From: a virus
Taxonomy: Duplodnaviria; Heunggongvirae; Uroviricota; Caudoviricetes
Strand: one strand, 5' to 3'
Virus record (IMG/VR): IMGVR_UViG_2563366922_000004
DNA length: 33,415 bases
The notes under the pieces: generated by a model
The model's database searches: none
What the model saw: only the letters and a program-made list of their open reading frames with translations
Told to the model about the DNA's origin: nothing
Position numbers and translations under genes: made by a program
In this document: positions 11,372 through 19,490 of the stretch, piece by piece
Layout: each line of letters begins with the position of its first letter
Numbering within the stretch: position 1 is the first letter of the stretch

Positions 11372-11790
11372 CAGCACAGATAGCGGCTTACGGACGGCTG
11401 GTGGCTGACCCGCAGTTAAAGACCACCAGCAAGGGTACACAAATGACGATGGCGAGTATGGCGGTCCCCCTTCCGTGCAGCCAGGCAGATGACGGAACGG
11501 CGCCGATGTGGTTATCCGTCCTGGCGTTTGGCAGACAGGCCGACGCACTGGCAAAACACCACAAAGGCGAACTGGTGAGCGTGGCGGGTAACATGCAGGT
11601 AAGCCAGTGGACAGGCCAGAACGGCGAAACGCGGCAGGGCTGGCAGGTTATCGCAGACAGTGTAATCAGTGCCAGAACGGCGCGACCGGGCGGCAAAAAA
11701 GGTCAACAGGGCCAGGCTACTGACGCACTGAACAGGGCAAAACAACAGTCGGGGAATGATGATCCGTACGGCGATAATATACCGTTTTAA
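11368..11790 (+). CDS. ssb: Single-stranded DNA-binding protein (SSB-like, 140 aa)
   Basis: OB-fold-like N-terminal region and acidic C-terminal tail ending DDPYGDNIPF, resembling the E. coli SSB tail DFDDDIPF. Confidence 0.65.
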   Translation: MTAQIAAYGRLVADPQLKTTSKGTQMTMASMAVPLPCSQADDGTAPMWLSVLAFGRQADALAKHHKGELVSVAGNMQVSQWTGQNGETRQGWQVIADSVISARTARPGGKKGQQGQATDALNRAKQQSGNDDPYGDNIPF

Positions 11791-11807
11791 ATTCTGCAAA
11801 TAAAAAA

Positions 11808-11836
11808 ATGCCGGAAGAAAATAGATTTTCCGGCAT
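11808..11836. other. 9 bp stem hairpin (ATGCCGGAA...TTCCGGCAT) preceded by an A7 run; possible terminator after ssb
   Basis: Inverted repeat read directly. Confidence 0.3.
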
Positions 11837-12001
11837 GCTACATAAATCCCGACCAAAGGAAGTAAATACATTAACACGAATTATCAGCACTGAAGTTGTC
11901 ACGGCATATTTTATACAACATTGCACTTGGTTGCATGTATTCGCATAGCAGACATCGGTAATAGAATATATTCACAATTATTTGTAATGAATGTAAAGAG
12001 G

Positions 12002-13048
12002 ATGAGTATGGTTGATTTATATTCGCCTACACAGCTTGTGCAGGTGGCTAATGCTGAAGATGTGCAAAAAAAATTAAATGCGTTGTTTACCAGTTTGTTT
12101 TTCACTCGCTCGGTAATGTTTGAATCGAGAGACATTATTCTTGATACGATCGACGATCCAAATATCCCGATCGCGGCGTTTTGCTCTCCTATGGTGGGCA
12201 GTAAAGTTTCACGAGATGAGGGATACGAATCAAAAACAATTCGCCCTGGCTATATGAAACCGAAAAGCAGCATTGATCCAAATAAGTTAGCTGTGCGCCC
12301 TGCTGGTGTGTCACCTGAGCAATACAATGCTTTTGGGGCGCGTAATATTAAAGTTAAACAGGCGATTGTAAATCAGGCTAAAGCTATTCGTACACGTATT
12401 GAATGGCTTGCTGTTCAGGCAATCACAACGGGGAAAAATATCATTGAGGGCGATGGTATTGAACGTTATGAGCTGGACTGGAATATAAAACCACAAAATA
12501 TCATCACTCAGTCTGGCGGTACTGAGTGGTCAGGTAAGGATAAAGAAACTTTTGATCCAAATGATGATATTGAGAGCTACGCAGAATTTAGTGAGGGCGT
12601 CACTAATATCATCATTATGGGCGGTAATGTATGGAAGAAATACCGTTCATTCAGAGCGATAAAAGAGGCTCTGGATACCCGTCGTGGTTCTAATTCCGAA
12701 CTGGAAACGGCCCTTAAAGACCTTGGTGATTCGGTGAGTTTTAAAGGGTATATGGGCGATGTTGCGATTGTTGTTTACAGCGGGCGTTATACCGACGAGG
12801 ACGGAACTGAAAAACATTTCCTTGATCCTGATTTGATGGTGCTTGGCAATACGGCTCTTCAGGGGATTGTCGCTTATGGCGGTATTCAGGATCCGGAGCT
12901 AATCCGGATGGGGCTGACTAAAGCCGAACTTGCACCGAAAAACTATATTGTGCCTGGTGATCCGGCTATTGAATATGTGCAGACACATTCAGCACCACAG
13001 CCAATACCGGCCCGTATCAATCGTTTTGTTACCGTTCGCATTGGCTAA
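12002..13048 (+). CDS. Insert-encoded major capsid protein, diverged homolog of lambda gpE (about 349 aa)
   Basis: MSMVDLYSPTQLVQVANAEDV... aligns along its length with lambda E (shared motifs ITQSGGTEWS, LDTRRGSNSELETA, GDVAIVVYSG) but is clearly diverged; start chosen by analogy with lambda E (MSM...), ORF track opens at 11921. Confidence 0.85.
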   Translation: MSMVDLYSPTQLVQVANAEDVQKKLNALFTSLFFTRSVMFESRDIILDTIDDPNIPIAAFCSPMVGSKVSRDEGYESKTIRPGYMKPKSSIDPNKLAVRPAGVSPEQYNAFGARNIKVKQAIVNQAKAIRTRIEWLAVQAITTGKNIIEGDGIERYELDWNIKPQNIITQSGGTEWSGKDKETFDPNDDIESYAEFSEGVTNIIIMGGNVWKKYRSFRAIKEALDTRRGSNSELETALKDLGDSVSFKGYMGDVAIVVYSGRYTDEDGTEKHFLDPDLMVLGNTALQGIVAYGGIQDPELIRMGLTKAELAPKNYIVPGDPAIEYVQTHSAPQPIPARINRFVTVRIG

Positions 13049-13058
13049 GGGGGGAGCA

Positions 13059-13400
13059 ATGGCTACTCATTACACTGAACTCATGGCTGGCACTGAAGCA
13101 CTGGTTACTACGCTGGGGATATTTTCAGCTAATAAAGGGGTAATTCCTGCATTTACGCCACTGATGCAGGAAGATACAACAGGTGCACTGGTGGTATGGG
13201 ATGGTACGAGTGCAGGTAAAGCTGTTTATGTTTCCGCTGTACAACTCGATACAGCGAAAAAAACACAGGCTCAGGTCTATAAGACAGGTGTCTTAAATGT
13301 TGATGCTCTTAACTGGCCTGAGTCAGTAAAAGAACTGTCAGTAAAGGTTGCAGCGTTTGTTGGCTCAGGTATTTCTGTTCAGCCGCTGGCTCGTGTGTAA
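13059..13400 (+). CDS. Insert-encoded head decoration protein, diverged homolog of lambda gpD (113 aa)
   Basis: MATHYTELMAGTEALVTT...ALVVWDGTSAGKAV...YKTGVLN parallels lambda D ([13 protein letters not shown]...YKSGTF); start ATG 13059 preceded by GGGGAG. Confidence 0.78.
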   Translation: MATHYTELMAGTEALVTTLGIFSANKGVIPAFTPLMQEDTTGALVVWDGTSAGKAVYVSAVQLDTAKKTQAQVYKTGVLNVDALNWPESVKELSVKVAAFVGSGISVQPLARV

Positions 13401-13411
13401 AGGGGGATACA

Positions 13412-13795
13412 ATGCAGAATCATTACAATGACCTTAAGCCAATTGCCGAAATGATGTATCCGGATCCAGCAGTAGAGGAATTAAAGGCTATTGCTGACAA
13501 AATGCGTTTAAGCGAGCGTCTTGTTGATATGAATCAGGTGATGGAACTTACAACCCTGAGTCGTCGTACACTGCTAAACCTTGAAGCACGTGGAGAGTTC
13601 CCCGAACGCGTGCAGGTTACGGAAGGGCGTAAGGCCTGGTATTTAAGCGAAGTGATCGACTGGATAAACAATATTCCGCGCGCTTCTGAATATTGCCGCG
13701 TACCTGTCCCAAAAAAGCCAGATGCGGCGCTATGCCTCAAGATTGATCGTGTACGCCGCAATGCACGGGATGGTCGCTATAAGCTGATTGGTTGA
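13412..13795 (+). CDS. HTH protein (AlpA/MerR-like winged helix region), immediately upstream of cos; possible packaging accessory or late regulator
   Basis: Central segment MELTTLSRRTLLNLEARGEFPERVQVTEGRKAWYLSEVIDWINN resembles AlpA-type HTH; function not assignable from sequence. Confidence 0.45.
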   Translation: MQNHYNDLKPIAEMMYPDPAVEELKAIADKMRLSERLVDMNQVMELTTLSRRTLLNLEARGEFPERVQVTEGRKAWYLSEVIDWINNIPRASEYCRVPVPKKPDAALCLKIDRVRRNARDGRYKLIG

Positions 13796-13839
13796 TGAAA
13801 TTAGGGCCCGTTCTGGCTGGCGGGTCCTTTCCGGCGATC

Positions 13840-13890
13840 CGGCAGGTTACGGGGCGTCAGGCGCGCGGGTTTTCGCTATTTATGAGCATT
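13840..13890. promoter_or_regulatory. cos site of the insert (cosN-like): GTTACG-GGGCGTCAGGCG-CGCGGGTTTTCGCTATTTATGA
   Basis: Flanking bases match my recollection of lambda cosN (GTTACG / CGCGGGTTTTCGCTATTTATGA) while the 12 nt between them (13852-13863) differs from lambda's GGGCGGCGACCT; lies just upstream of a Nu1-like gene, as in lambda. Confidence 0.6.
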
Positions 13891-14011
13891 TTAAGGGGAC
13901 TGGTGGTGGTTTTGTTGTTCGCTATATCTGTATGAATAATAAGAGAAAAATACAATCAATACACCAACCTGAAACAGTAATTAAGTTGTGGTATCAATGA
14001 AATTACACCTG

Positions 14012-14539
14012 ATGAACAAAAAAAACATGGCAAAAAGTTGCCGTGTAAGCGCCACTGCGTTCGATAAGTGGGGAGTGATTCCCGTCGAGCGTAAGGGCCG
14101 TGAGGCGTTCTATGATGTTGCCAGTGTAATAGATAATCGGGTTAACAATGCAATCAGCCAGATTACAAACGAAACGGGCGATATTGATGACGATGAACTT
14201 TTACGCGTCAGGATCAGATTACTGACAGCACAGGCAGAGGCGCAGGAGCTTAAAAACGAGCGCGAACGCGGCGACGTTATTGATACAGAGTTTTGTATGT
14301 ATGTTCTTTCCAAACTGGCGAGTCAGATTTCATCTATCATGGACAGCCTGCCGCTTACCATGCAAAGGCGCTTCCCACAGATGACTCCGGCTATGCTGGA
14401 TGGACTTAAAAAGGAAGTGGCTAAAGCCTGTAATGCCAGTGCCGGCGTTGCTGACAACCTCCCACAGATACTGGCTGATTATCTGATGGAAAGTACAGGA
14501 AACGTACCGGATAAGTTGCAGCTGAATAAGGATAAGTAA
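14012..14539 (+). CDS. Terminase small subunit, Nu1-like, with divergent N-terminal DNA-binding region (start 14012, or 13997/14027)
   Basis: C-terminal two-thirds parallels lambda Nu1 (RLLTAQAEAQELKN...TEFCMYVLSKLASQISSIMDSLPLTMQRRFP vs lambda RLTRAQADAQELKN...TAFCTFVLSRIAGEIASILDGLPLSVQRRFP); N-terminus differs. Confidence 0.78.
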   Translation: MNKKNMAKSCRVSATAFDKWGVIPVERKGREAFYDVASVIDNRVNNAISQITNETGDIDDDELLRVRIRLLTAQAEAQELKNERERGDVIDTEFCMYVLSKLASQISSIMDSLPLTMQRRFPQMTPAMLDGLKKEVAKACNASAGVADNLPQILADYLMESTGNVPDKLQLNKDK

Positions 14540-14550
14540 CGTAGTACGCT

Positions 14551-14826
14551 ATGACTGAATCCGAACTACTGAAAGTAATCTGCCATGCTGGTGGAGTCAG
14601 CCACCAGCATGACGAACAGACCACGCAGCCGGGCAGTGTCACCGCTGAAAATTACGCTCGTGTGGTTGCTGAGGTTATGTGGCGTGACGGTATAGAACTG
14701 AACGGACAGGATTGCTTAGTCATCCGCACCAAAGTGCTGGCTATACTGGCAGCTAGGCGGAGGCAGGGACAACGCCAGAACGTTGCATCGTACCAGTGGA
14801 AGAAGCCTGACAGACTGCGGCGATAA
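14551..14826 (+). CDS. Hypothetical protein (91 aa)
   Basis: ORF directly downstream of the small terminase gene; no recognisable family. Confidence 0.4.
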   Translation: MTESELLKVICHAGGVSHQHDEQTTQPGSVTAENYARVVAEVMWRDGIELNGQDCLVIRTKVLAILAARRRQGQRQNVASYQWKKPDRLRR

Positions 14827-15122
14827 CTCTTTGATTTTCTCGACGGCCCCAAAATGGGCCTTACCATAGCCAGCTAATAAATGAGCAAGCCTCAAAAGTG
14901 AGGTTTGTGGCCGTTTGGCCTATTCATATGCTAACTCGTTGATATTCCTGACGACGCAAATTTACGCCTTGTGGCTGGTAGTCGAATTGCAAATTTGCAA
15001 CTCAACTATGAAACTACAGGTAGTTTGGGTAGTAAAAGCAACACACTGATTTTGGGGCTTCTTCGCGATACCTAATATTATGGTATCGGTGGAAGAGATA
15101 TCGTTTCTCATAGGTTAGCACC

Positions 15123-15142
15123 GAGGGCGGAGTTCCGCCCTC
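15123..15142. other. Perfect inverted repeat GAGGGCGGA-gt-TCCGCCCTC in the ORF-free spacer downstream of the HEPN gene
   Basis: Read directly; no clear U-run on either strand, so terminator function is uncertain. Confidence 0.3.
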
Positions 15143-15228
15143 ATCGAAAAATTGCTTACGAGTCGTCAAAATAAATTAATCGACTGAGTATAATGATTAA
15201 CTAATTGCTCGTGTTACTTCATTATACG

Positions 15229-15990
15229 TTATTTCCCATCTTTAAGGTTTAACCAAGTGTTAATTAAAAAAAGAGCCATTGAGCCTGATAAATTTACTGC
15301 AAGTTCGGCATGCCTTGGGGATGGCTTAATTGATGAGCTGTTCGTTCCATGTGCATCACCGAGTTTATTACGAAGAGTACCTAACCCATTTACAACTGCA
15401 GAACAACCGCCGAGAATTTGTTTGAAGATATTTTCAGTATGTTGGTCGGCAGATAGGTTAAGTTCTTTTGAAAGAGTTTTATAAAGCTCTGACATTTCAA
15501 TATTTTTATTATTATACTGAATGCCCATATCATCAAGAATGTGTTTGCAAACTGTTTCAAGAAGTGTTCTTGCGGAGGTTATCGCACCATCCGGATCTGT
15601 ATGGCGCCGTTCAAGTGCTTTTATCCAAACGGCGTGGACTCCATCCTCGTTAAACTTTCTTAATACATCAGATATGTCTTCATCCGCTGGAGCTTTATTT
15701 TTCCCTTCTAGATAGTCCAGCATCGGCTGAAATGCCTTATAAATCAAATCTCTCCGGGGGGCATACTTTTCAGTCTTTTTTATAAATCCCCAAAATTCTT
15801 TTAGTGAGCGATTAGTTCTCACAAACTCTGGTAATAGCTGATGTAAAGGAGGATTTTGTAAGAAATATGTTCTTAGAAGCAAATAATCATTATTAGCTTC
15901 ATCCTGGGCTCCTGTAGCTCTTGCAATTAGTATGTTTTGAAGCGCTACTGCGCGCTCTAGGTCATTTTGAAGGGTATCTATAATATTCAT
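15229..15990 (-). CDS. HEPN-domain protein of the Abi_C (abortive infection C-terminal) type, 253 aa
   Basis: Contains R-x6-H motif in LRNKLGDAHG preceded by ...ITSARTLLETVCKHILDDMGIQY...LYKTLSKELNL...ENIFKQILGGCSAVVNGLGT, matching my recollection of Abi_C; only minus-strand gene in the insert besides the RHH; AT-rich. Confidence 0.65.
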   Translation of the reverse strand: MNIIDTLQNDLERAVALQNILIARATGAQDEANNDYLLLRTYFLQNPPLHQLLPEFVRTNRSLKEFWGFIKKTEKYAPRRDLIYKAFQPMLDYLEGKNKAPADEDISDVLRKFNEDGVHAVWIKALERRHTDPDGAITSARTLLETVCKHILDDMGIQYNNKNIEMSELYKTLSKELNLSADQHTENIFKQILGGCSAVVNGLGTLRNKLGDAHGTNSSSIKPSPRHAELAVNLSGSMALFLINTWLNLKDGK

Positions 15991-16042
15991 AACAAATCTT
16001 TATTCACTTCATTTGTGGGTTGATAATTGAATGGTTTGTACA

Positions 16043-16063
16043 TTGATTTCTGTGTATTGCAGT
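16043..16063 (+). promoter_or_regulatory. Two TGTATTGCA direct repeats near the right end; candidate integrase arm-type sites
   Basis: Same 9-mer as at 5243-5263 near the left end; 12 bp spacing. Confidence 0.4.
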
Positions 16064-16151
16064 GTGTATTGCAACATAGCCATTCAGGTAGAGATTATGC
16101 TCTATTTTTCCTCTTATATCATTCACATACTTACACCATTGACTCATGTAG

Positions 16152-16160
16152 CCGAAGCAT
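16152..16160 (+). repeat. Right att core copy CCGAAGCAT (attR side; E codons P-K-H)
   Basis: Direct repeat partner of 5107-5115; immediately followed by E codon 83 (gaa gtg aat = EVN). Confidence 0.6.
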
Positions 16161-16940
16161 GAAGTGAATCCGCAGATGACCCTGCGTCGCCTGCCGGATG
16201 AAGAACCGCAGAATCTGGCGGACCCGGCTTACCGCCGCCGTCGCATCATCATGCAGAACATGCGTGACGAAGAGCTGGCCATTGCTCAGGTCGAAGAGAT
16301 GCAGGCAGTTTCTGCCGTGCTTAAGGGCAAATACACCATGACCGGTGAAGCCTTCGATCCGGTTGAGGTGGATATGGGCCGCAGTGAGGAGAATAACATC
16401 ACGCAGTCCGGCGGCACGGAGTGGAGCAAGCGTGACAAGTCCACGTATGACCCGACCGACGATATCGAAGCCTACGCGCTGAACGCCAGCGGTGTGGTGA
16501 ATATCATCGTGTTCGATCCGAAAGGCTGGGCGCTGTTCCGTTCCTTCAAAGCCGTCAAGGAGAAGCTGGATACCCGTCGTGGCTCTAATTCCGAGCTGGA
16601 GACAGCGGTGAAAGACCTGGGCAAAGCGGTGTCCTATAAGGGGATGTATGGCGATGTGGCCATCGTCGTGTATTCCGGACAGTACGTGGAAAACGGCGTC
16701 AAAAAGAACTTCCTGCCGGACAACACGATGGTGCTGGGGAACACTCAGGCACGCGGTCTGCGCACCTATGGCTGCATTCAGGATGCGGACGCACAGCGCG
16801 AAGGCATTAACGCCTCTGCCCGTTACCCGAAAAACTGGGTGACCACCGGCGATCCGGCGCGTGAGTTCACCATGATTCAGTCAGCACCGCTGATGCTGCT
16901 GGCTGACCCTGATGAGTTCGTGTCCGTACAACTGGCGTAA
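16161..16940 (+). pseudogene. E: Major capsid protein E, 3' fragment (codons 83-341, beginning EVNPQMTLRRLPD...)
   Basis: Translation matches lambda E from residue 83 to the C-terminal ...FVSVQLA; 82 + 259 = 341 codons, the full length of lambda E. Confidence 0.9.
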
Positions 16941-16981
16941 TCATGGCCCTTCGGGGCCATTGTTTCTCTGTGGAGGAGTCC

Positions 16982-17380
16982 ATGACGAAAGATGAACTGA
17001 TTGCCCGTCTCCGCTCGCTGGGTGAACAACTGAACCGTGATGTCAGCCTGACGGGGACGAAAGAAGAACTGGCGCTCCGTGTGGCAGAGCTGAAAGAGGA
17101 GCTTGATGACACGGATGAAACTGCCGGTCAGGACACCCCTCTCAGCCGGGAAAATGTGCTGACCGGACATGAAAATGAGGTGGGATCAGCGCAGCCGGAT
17201 ACCGTGATTCTGGATACGTCTGAACTGGTCACGGTCGTGGCACTGGTGAAGCTGCATACTGATGCACTTCACGCCACGCGGGATGAACCTGTGGCATTTG
17301 TGCTGCCGGGAACGGCGTTTCGTGTCTCTGCCGGTGTGGCAGCCGAAATGACAGAGCGCGGCCTGGCCAGAATGCAATAA
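16982..17380 (+). CDS. FI: DNA packaging protein FI (132 aa)
   Basis: MTKDELIARLRSLGEQLNRDVSLTGTKEELALRVAELKEELDD... matches lambda FI; ATG at 16982 preceded by GGAGGAG. Confidence 0.9.
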   Translation: MTKDELIARLRSLGEQLNRDVSLTGTKEELALRVAELKEELDDTDETAGQDTPLSRENVLTGHENEVGSAQPDTVILDTSELVTVVALVKLHTDALHATRDEPVAFVLPGTAFRVSAGVAAEMTERGLARMQ

Positions 17381-17391
17381 CGGGAGGCGCT

Positions 17392-17745
17392 GTGGCTGAT
17401 TTCGATAACCTGTTCGATGCTGCCATTGCCCGCGCCGATGAAACGATACGCGGGTACATGGGAACGTCAGCCACCATTACATCCGGTGAGCAGTCAGGTG
17501 CGGTGATACGTGGTGTTTTTGATGACCCTGAAAATATCAGCTATGCCGGACAGGGCGTGCGCGTTGAAGGCTCCAGCCCGTCCCTGTTTGTCCGGACTGA
17601 TGAGGTGCGGCAGCTGCGGCGTGGAGACACGCTGACCATCGGTGAGGAAAATTTCTGGGTAGATCGGGTTTCGCCGGATGATGGCGGAAGTTGTCATCTC
17701 TGGCTTGGACGGGGCGTACCGCCTGCCGTTAACCGTCGCCGCTGA
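17392..17745 (+). CDS. FII: Head-tail connector protein FII (117 aa)
   Basis: MADFDNLFDAAIARADETIRGYMGTSATITSG... matches lambda FII. Confidence 0.9.
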   Translation: MADFDNLFDAAIARADETIRGYMGTSATITSGEQSGAVIRGVFDDPENISYAGQGVRVEGSSPSLFVRTDEVRQLRRGDTLTIGEENFWVDRVSPDDGGSCHLWLGRGVPPAVNRRR

Positions 17746-17756
17746 AAGGGGGATGT

Positions 17757-18335
17757 ATGGCCATAAAAGGTCTTGAGCAGGCCGTTGAAAACCTCAGCCG
17801 TATCAGCAAAACGGCGGTGCCTGGTGCCGCCGCAATGGCCATTAACCGCGTTGCTTCATCCGCGATATCGCAGTCGGCGTCACAGGTTGCCCGTGAGACA
17901 AAGGTACGCCGGAAACTGGTAAAGGAAAGGGCCAGGCTGAAAAGGGCCACGGTCAAAAATCCGCAGGCCAGAATCAAAGTTAACCGGGGGGATTTGCCCG
18001 TAATCAAGCTGGGTAATGCGCGGGTTGTCCTTTCGCGCCGCAGGCGTCGTAAAAAGGGGCAGCGTTCATCCCTGAAAGGTGGCGGCAGCGTGCTTGTGGT
18101 GGGTAACCGTCGTATTCCCGGCGCGTTTATTCAGCAACTGAAAAATGGCCGGTGGCATGTCATGCAGCGTGTGGCCGGGAAAAACCGTTACCCCATTGAT
18201 GTGGTGAAAATCCCGATGGCGGTGCCGCTGACCACGGCGTTTAAACAAAATATTGAGCGGATACGGCGTGAACGTCTTCCGAAAGAGCTGGGCTATGCGC
18301 TGCAGCATCAACTGAGGATGGTAATAAAGCGATGA
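17757..18335 (+). CDS. Z: Tail completion protein Z (192 aa)
   Basis: MAIKGLEQAVENLSRISKTAVPGAAAMAINRV... matches lambda Z. Confidence 0.9.
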   Translation: MAIKGLEQAVENLSRISKTAVPGAAAMAINRVASSAISQSASQVARETKVRRKLVKERARLKRATVKNPQARIKVNRGDLPVIKLGNARVVLSRRRRRKKGQRSSLKGGGSVLVVGNRRIPGAFIQQLKNGRWHVMQRVAGKNRYPIDVVKIPMAVPLTTAFKQNIERIRRERLPKELGYALQHQLRMVIKR

Positions 18336-18727
18336 AACATACTGAACTCCGTGCAGCCGTACTGGATGCACTGGAGAAGCATGACACCGGGGCGACGTTT
18401 TTTGATGGTCGCCCCGCTGTTTTTGATGAGGCGGATTTTCCGGCAGTTGCCGTTTATCTCACCGGCGCTGAATACACGGGCGAAGAGCTGGACAGCGATA
18501 CCTGGCAGGCGGAGCTGCATATCGAAGTTTTCCTGCCTGCTCAGGTGCCGGATTCAGAGCTGGATGCGTGGATGGAGTCCCGGATTTATCCGGTGATGAG
18601 CGATATCCCGGCACTGTCAGATTTGATCACCAGTATGGTGGCCAGCGGCTATGACTACCGGCGCGACGATGATGCGGGCTTGTGGAGTTCAGCCGATCTG
18701 ACTTATGTCATTACCTATGAAATGTGA
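18332..18727 (+). CDS. U: Tail terminator protein U (131 aa)
   Basis: [45 protein letters not shown]... matches lambda U. Confidence 0.9.
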
Positions 18728-18734
18728 GGACGCT

Positions 18735-19475
18735 ATGCCTGTACCAAATCCTACAATGCCGGTGAAAGGTGCCGGGACCACCCTGTGGGTTTATAAGGGG
18801 AGCGGTGACCCTTATGCGAATCCGCTTTCAGACGTTGACTGGTCGCGTCTGGCAAAAGTTAAAGACCTGACGCCCGGCGAACTGACCGCTGAGTCCTATG
18901 ACGACAGCTATCTCGATGATGAAGATGCAGACTGGACTGCGACCGGGCAGGGGCAGAAATCTGCCGGAGATACCAGCTTCACGCTGGCGTGGATGCCCGG
19001 AGAGCAGGGGCAGCAGGCGCTGCTGGCGTGGTTTAATGAAGGCGATACCCGTGCCTATAAAATCCGCTTCCCGAACGGCACGGTCGATGTGTTCCGTGGC
19101 TGGGTCAGCAGTATCGGTAAGGCGGTGACGGCGAAGGAAGTGATCACCCGCACGGTGAAAGTCACCAATGTGGGACGTCCGTCGATGGCAGAAGATCGCA
19201 GCACGGTAACAGCGGCAACCGGCATGACCGTGACGCCTGCCAGCACCTCGGTGGTGAAAGGGCAGAGCACCACGCTGACCGTGGCCTTCCAGCCGGAGGG
19301 CGTAACCGACAAGAGCTTTCGTGCGGTGTCTGCGGATAAAACAAAAGCCACCGTGTCGGTCAGTGGTATGACCATCACCGTGAACGGCGTTGCTGCAGGC
19401 AAGGTCAACATTCCGGTTGTATCCGGTAATGGTGAGTTTGCTGCGGTTGCAGAAATTACCGTCACCGCCAGTTAA
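18735..19475 (+). CDS. V: Major tail tube protein V (246 aa)
   Basis: [22 protein letters not shown]... matches lambda V; ORF track opens at 18705 but the lambda start corresponds to ATG 18735. Confidence 0.9.
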
Positions 19476-19490
19476 TCCGGAGAGTCAGCG

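Larger units (their letters stand above)
5107..16160 (+). mobile_element. ~11 kb integrative phage-satellite-like element (PICI/P4-like) inserted in gene E, bounded by 9 bp imperfect direct repeats (5107-5115 and 16152-16160)
   Basis: Interrupts an otherwise contiguous lambda-like E ORF; integrase 160 bp inside left end; carries alpA, primase plus iteron ori, capsid/decoration homologs, cos and small terminase; much of the insert, especially the two cargo islets, is visibly more AT-rich than the flanking prophage. Confidence 0.8.

Noticed and set aside
11911-12135. 74-aa minus-strand ORF overlapping the start of the E-like capsid gene
   Set aside because: Antisense to a well-supported gene in an AT-rich leader; no support.
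12002-13048. Possibility that the split E is an assembly artefact caused by the second capsid gene in the insert
   Set aside because: The E-like gene is a diverged full-length homolog at the protein level, not a duplicate of the missing E segment; the E fragments join exactly at a short direct repeat next to an integrase, which is what a real integration looks like. Read-level confirmation is still needed.
13788-14000. 70-aa ORF across the cos region
   Set aside because: Overlaps the cosN-like sequence and the start region of the Nu1-like gene; no coding signal; likely spurious.
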